Positions 48,586-53,686 of a stretch of DNA of 53,686 nucleotides are shown here, piece by piece. The notes under the pieces were generated by a model. That model did no database searches. It had not been told where the DNA came from and was given only the letters and a program-made list of their open reading frames with translations. The stretch is from Vicugna vicugna (taxonomy: Eukaryota), in assembly GCA_013265495.1 (NCBI GenBank), contig MU057984.1:675597-729282 (forward strand). Reading direction: 5' to 3'. The stretch's first letter is position 1. Each line of letters opens with the position of its first letter. The translations under genes were made by a program, and so were the position numbers.

Positions 48586-48850
48586 ACTCATTCAACAGAT
48601 ACATACTAGATGGCACTCCAAGCACTCTTTTTAGTACTAGAAAAATGTAATGATTATTCAGTCAGATCTGGTCCTCAAGTAGTCCAACATAAAGTAGAAA
48701 AAATTGCACAAATGTTCACAGTTGTACAAGGCAGGATGCATTTGGTATTACATGTTATATGAAAAAAATGCTCTATGAGTTGATAGAAAAAATCACTGTT
48801 CTGATATTATAGAGAACTTCATGGAAGAGGAGAGGACATTTAAGGAGAAT
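48586..48850 (-). mobile_element. L2 3' end relic, antisense
   Basis: ACTCATTCAACAGATACAT... start and GAACTTCATGGAAGAGGAGAGGACATTTAAG. Confidence 0.55.
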
Positions 48851-49454
48851 TATGACATACTAAGCCTTTCTGACACAATTTCTGTTGCTTTTATTTATCA
48901 TACACAAATTGCGCTCTGAGAAATGAATAAGATCCTGATGGTCAGAGTCTAGAGAAGTAGAAGCAGTTCCCTACAAGGAAGGGGGGCATTGAAAGAGGGG
49001 ATGATAGAAGCATGGAGGACAGTCAATGGCAAGCAGATGTGTAGGCACGTATGGATCACAGGATGGGCATAGGAGAGCATGAAGGAGGGTTGAAAAGGTA
49101 CTAAATTATTTATCATCCTGCATTGCAATTATTTCTTGCAGGCCTGCATTTTATGGCAGAAAGTATGGTACATGAGCTTGGGGGCTTCATTATGCAGGCT
49201 TGCAGCCCAGAGTAGCTTGATTCAGAACATTCAGCCAAGTGAAAGAAGGCCCTCATGGACATATTTTTGTGCATCCTGATCCTTACTAAAAGCTCACCAA
49301 AAGCTGGATTCTTGAAAGCCACAATTTTAAAATACTTTATTCTACTGTACTGAATTAGCAGTTTGAGTTAGGCAAGTCTCTAAGTTAACCAGAGCAAATT
49401 GCAGGCAGGTGTATACACTAAGTAGTAAGCTGCCTTGCTCCTCTTGCTCTAGAT

Positions 49455-49909
49455 CACAGTTTCTTTCTTTCTTTCTTTTTTTTAATGCCATCAGCCTCTT
49501 TGGTAGTTTGATGAAGCCAATGTTTCTTCACAGAACAGGATGTTTAAAATACAGAAAAGAAAATGCAAGGATTATAGAAGAAACTAATAATCCAATAGAT
49601 TATCAAAAAGTAAAAATTTTTATATTGAAATGTAGACTTCTTCATTAACACAACGCAAATCAGATCTAATGGTGGATCTAATACTGTCATACTTTCAAAG
49701 CAGTGATGAATATAAATAAGACTTCAATATATCTTCAACAACTGAAATGTGATATAAACATTTATTTGTGATTCTTTGGTGACTAAGTTATAGGTACAAC
49801 TAATATTACTGTTATTTGAGAATGCTATAATACATTTAAAAGTCAGTGAAAATAAAGATGCAATTTTACATAGCCACTCTGTTCTTGGACCCCAGGTAAG
49901 AGCCTCTTG
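49455..49909. mobile_element. hAT-Charlie non-autonomous DNA transposon (MER119-like)
   Basis: GCCTCTTTGGTAGTTTGATGAAGCCAATG...GGACCCCAGGTAAGAGCCTCTTG. 8-bp TSD-like CTCTAGAT (49447-49454) and CTTAAGAT (49910-49917). Confidence 0.7.
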
Positions 49910-50550
49910 CTTAAGATAGTCCTCAATTTCCCAGAGGCAATGCAGAACAAAATGTAGCAAACATCCCATTTTTATTGCCCTCTAGATGGCCACTTGTCCC
50001 TTTTTTGAACTTCTGGACACATAAAGAGTGGGATGAATCTAAAACTTGATCTTATGTCACTACTCATAGTGTTTTCTGTTCCATCTTCAGGGAACACATG
50101 ATACTGGTTTTGTAAACAAGGTAGGTTGATTACTGACGCTGTAGATTCAGGAAGATTAATCAGGTAAAATCGGAATTTTCCCAAGACAAATTATTTTATC
50201 AAATTTTATTCTGGCATCTCTAAAGTAATGCTAATGATTATAATTAGCCTTATAAACAAGTAAATACAAATCCTTAGGTTCTCAAAGATTTTCTAATCTG
50301 TTTTTGCTATGAATAGTACAGCTAACTCTGTTTCCTAGGTTTGAGAGACTCCTTTGGGGATGAAGCAATTTTTGGATTTTTTTTTTTTTTCAGAAAACCA
50401 CTTTCATTAGCCCCTTGCCATCAAAATAGGTAAGGAAAAGTAATGGAGATAAAGCTGAAATTAGTCAGTTTTTCTACTCACTGTGATTAAAAAAAAAAAA
50501 AGACTGAAGGAATGAAGATTACAAGTGTTGAACAAACTGAGGTTTGGAGA

Positions 50551-50810
50551 TGTTATTAGTTTCCTGTGGCTACTTAACAAATTATCTCAAGCAGGGATTG
50601 CTGGCTAGACACTCCCACATGGTCTCTCAATGTAGCCCAGGCTATTTCTCAGGATGGCAATTTGCTTCTAAAGTCAAGTGAGCCAAAAAGAGGATTAGGC
50701 AGAAGTTTTATGAAATTTCCTGACCTAGTATCAGAAATTACATTGCTTCAGTTCTGCTGCATTCTAGCACACTATTTGTTAGGATGAAGTCACTAAAGCT
50801 GGCCCAGCAT
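50551..50810 (-). mobile_element. MLT1-like LTR fragment with internal deletion
   Basis: TGTTATTAGTTTCCTGTGGCTACTTAACAAATTATCTCAA...TGACCTAGTATCAGAAATTACA...AAGTCACTAAAGCTGGCCCAG. Confidence 0.65.
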
Positions 50811-51720
50811 ATCACCGTATTGAAGGCAGTATCAAACCACCCCAAAATAGTTCTTTATCTCCAGTTCAAAGTTTCCATTACACCTTGTATTGTGAACTAC
50901 TAGAATCCACTAAAAAACTGAAGACTCATGGCTGACTCCTTTGCTCTGTGTACACCAGCTACATTTGAACCATAGTCAAGGCCCCTCTATAATGAAATTC
51001 TTTAATGGAGGATAGCTATTTTGCATTTTTTCAGGGTTGAGCTGGTGTCACCCATATTTTCATTAACAAATGTACAGATCATCTAATGTTGTGTACTAAT
51101 GTTTGAACATTTTTATTGATCCCTAAATGTTTATTACTAATTGAAACAGCTGCTTTATTTAAACAGCATTTACAAAATCATATTTGGAAAGCTCTGTGTC
51201 ATGTTTTGGCAGAAGTTAAGCCCAATTTGATGAGAGTTCATCTGCTCCATACATACTCTACACCTGGGAGTGAAAGGGACTTCAAGCCTGGAGCTCCACT
51301 TTCTTCCCTGTGACATCCACATAAGCCCCAGTGGTGACAGCAACAATGAGGTGAGAACACAATCTTGGCCTGTACTTTCGGCATGGGCTGACACTTTGGT
51401 GGAGTAACCAGTACAGGTGAATTGAAGACGGCAGGTCCTGGGAAGTGTGGGATTATACTGTGTGACCAATAGTAGCCCCTATTACAAGCTACTCTAGAAG
51501 CCTGCAGGTGAAAGTCATGATTCAGACAATACGTCTGTATTTCCATGTCCAGGAGTCACAAGAGTCAAAAAGTCAGCAGTCTAGCCCTGATTGTCCCTAC
51601 TTGTTTTGGTTATGCTTACAAGAGCTAACAACCGAGATGAAAGTGACATAGATACCACTGACTGAAAAGTTCAGTCTTCCCCATTCTTCATCCCAACTTC
51701 AATTTCTGACTGATCTCCCC

Positions 51721-52218
51721 TTCCTTTTTATTTTTCCAGCTTTACTGAGGTATTATTGACAAATATATTTAAGTTAGAGATGTACACTGTGATGATTAGT
51801 TACATGTATATACTGCAAAATAACACTAAAATAAGGTCAGCTAACATCTCCATCTTGTCACATAATTACCAATTTGTGTGTGTGTGTGTGTGGTAACATT
51901 TAAGATCTACTCTCTAACAATATTCAAGCATATAGTGCAGCACTTAACTATACTGACCATGCTGTGCACTGGAGCCCCAGATCTTATTCAGGGAGTTTGT
52001 ACCCTTTGACTAACATCTCATTTCCCCCACCCCCAGCTCCTGGCAACCACTACTCTACTCTTTATTTCTATGAGTTCAGCTATTTTAGATTCCACATATT
52101 AAGTGAGGAAAGACACTGTCTTTCTCCATCTGACTTATTTCATATTTTGTATTCAAGGTCCATTCATGCTGTTGCAAAAGGCAGGATTTCCTTCTTTCTC
52201 GTGGCTGAATACTATTCC

Positions 52219-52255
<37 letters not shown>

Positions 52256-52880
52256 ATATATACCACATCTTTATCCACTCATGCATTGATGGGCATTTAG
52301 GCAATTTCCCCATTTTGAGTCTTGTAAATAATGCTTCAATAAACATTGAGGTGCAGATAATTCTCTTTGAGATAGTGTTTTCATTTCCCTCAGATATATA
52401 CCCAGAAGTGGGATTGCTTGATCATATAGCAGTTCTCTTTTTAGTTTTTGACTAATAAGCATATTTTTCCATAGTGAATATACTAATTTACATTCTTACC
52501 AACATTGCACAAGGATTCCTTTTTAGCTACATCCTCACCAACACTTGTTACCTCTTGTCTTTATAATAATAACCATTCTAACAGGTGTGAGATGATATCT
52601 CACTGTGGTTTTTATTTGCATTTCCCTGATTATTAGGGATGTTAAGTACCTTTTCCTATACTTCTTGACTATAGATATGTCTTTGGGAAAATGTCTATTA
52701 AGCTCTCTACCCATTTTTAAATCAGAATGTTTCTTGCTATTGATTATATGAGTTATTTAAATATTATGTGCATTAACTCCTCACAGACATACATTTTGAA
52801 AATATTTTCTCCCATTCCATAGATTGCCTTTCGTTTTGTTGATTGTTTCCTTTGTTTTGCAGAATCTTTTCAGTTTGAAC
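51721..52880 (-). mobile_element. L1 (L1MA9-like) 3' part, antisense, containing (TG)n tracts at ~51876-51892 and ~52222-52253
   Basis: TTTTTCCAGCTTTACTGAGGTA...; ORF 52271-52462 (LKRELLYDQAIPLLGIY). Confidence 0.92.
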
Positions 52881-53203
52881 ACAATCTTTATCAAAGAGGA
52901 CATATGGATACCAGAAAAGCAGATAAAAATACATTAAACATCATTATCCTTTAAGGAAATGTAAATTTAAACCCTATGAGACATGACTATACATCTATTA
53001 GAATGGCTTTAAAAAAAAAATAGTAAAACTATCACGTCCAGGTGAGAATGTGAAACAACTAGATCTCTTATACATTGATTGTGGGAATGGAAAATGAGCC
53101 CCACTCTCTGGAAAACCACTCGGAAGTTTCTAATAAAGCTAACATATACTTATGTTTAAACAGGTCCCTGGTGCATATTTTTGTAGAGAAATGAAAACTT
53201 ATG

Positions 53204-53239
<36 letters not shown>

Positions 53240-53490
53240 GTATCTCAATGTATTAAGAAGCTTTATTTATAATAGCCAAAAACTGGAAGCAAATCATATG
53301 TCCTTCAGTGAGGAAAGGCTAAAAGACTATGATCCATTCAATAGAATACTTCACTGCACTTAAAAAAAAATAGACAACTATACATGTTACAACCTGGATC
53401 AATCTCAAGGTCATAATGCTGAGTGAAAATAGCCAATGTTAAAGCTCAACCTTACTTACTTTATAATTCCATTTATATAAAATTATTTAA
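52881..53490 (+). mobile_element. Older L1M (MC/MD-like) ORF2-end fragment with (AC)n at ~53207-53235
   Basis: CAAAGAGGACATATGGAT...ACATCTATTAGAATGGCT...ATAATAGCCAAAAACTGGAAGC...ATAATGCTGAGTGAAAATAGCCAA. Confidence 0.85.
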
Positions 53491-53639
53491 GGCCAAATTA
53501 TATAGTTATATATGTTACTGTGTTTGCCAGCATCTTTCAATCCTAATTTTTAATTTTAATTTCTTGGAAAAGCTGATTAGTTCTTTTGAGACATGAGCAT
53601 GCTGCAATTATTTAGATCTTACTTATGACTTCTACAACT

Positions 53640-53686
53640 TTTACTTCTGCTGAAGATGGAGTAACTGGGACTGGATTTACCCACCC
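53640..53686 (+). mobile_element. Probable 5' end of an ancient L1M, running off the window
   Basis: ACTTCTGCTGAAGATGGAGTAACTGGGACTGGATTTACCC. Confidence 0.5.

Noticed and set aside
51964..52455. Longest ORF in the track (163 aa)
   Set aside because: It is an antisense reading of an L1 3' end running through a (TG)n tract (CVCVCV).
51721..53490. Head-to-head L1 pair as a single twin-primed insertion
   Set aside because: The two parts look like different-age subfamilies and there is no TSD.
1..53686. CRISPR arrays, operons, rRNA or functional tRNA genes
   Set aside because: This is mammalian repeat-rich DNA with no regularly spaced repeats. The only tRNA-like sequence is a SINE.

Overview
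Repeat-dominated, AT-rich mammalian genomic DNA. A tRNA-derived SINE at ~32,040-32,121 and the style of the youngest L1 3' UTRs point to a camelid (inference). I recognise no host protein-coding gene; nearly all ORFs in the supplied track are L1 or ERV fragments or chance ORFs. The window holds a degraded full-length LINE-1 (~439-7,307), many truncated L1s (several with TSDs), at least eight solo LTRs, and MIR, L2, MLT and hAT relics. It also holds a 4-kb pol-less gammaretrovirus-like (ERV1) provirus at 33,042-37,071, inserted into an older L1. The two LTRs of this provirus have evolved very differently. The 5' LTR is CpG-decayed and has lost its TATA box, GC box and R region. The 3' LTR and adjacent env remnant form a ~1.25-kb CpG island with intact CCAAT, YY1, TATA, GC box and an R hairpin, plus candidate splice sites downstream. 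This is a plausible LTR co-opted as a host promoter, untested here. Other notable items are a template-switch fold-back hairpin in a MER21-like LTR and a 5'-truncated LTR flanked by an anomalous ~15-bp duplication. Family names come from recalled consensus features, not a database search, and counts are by hand.
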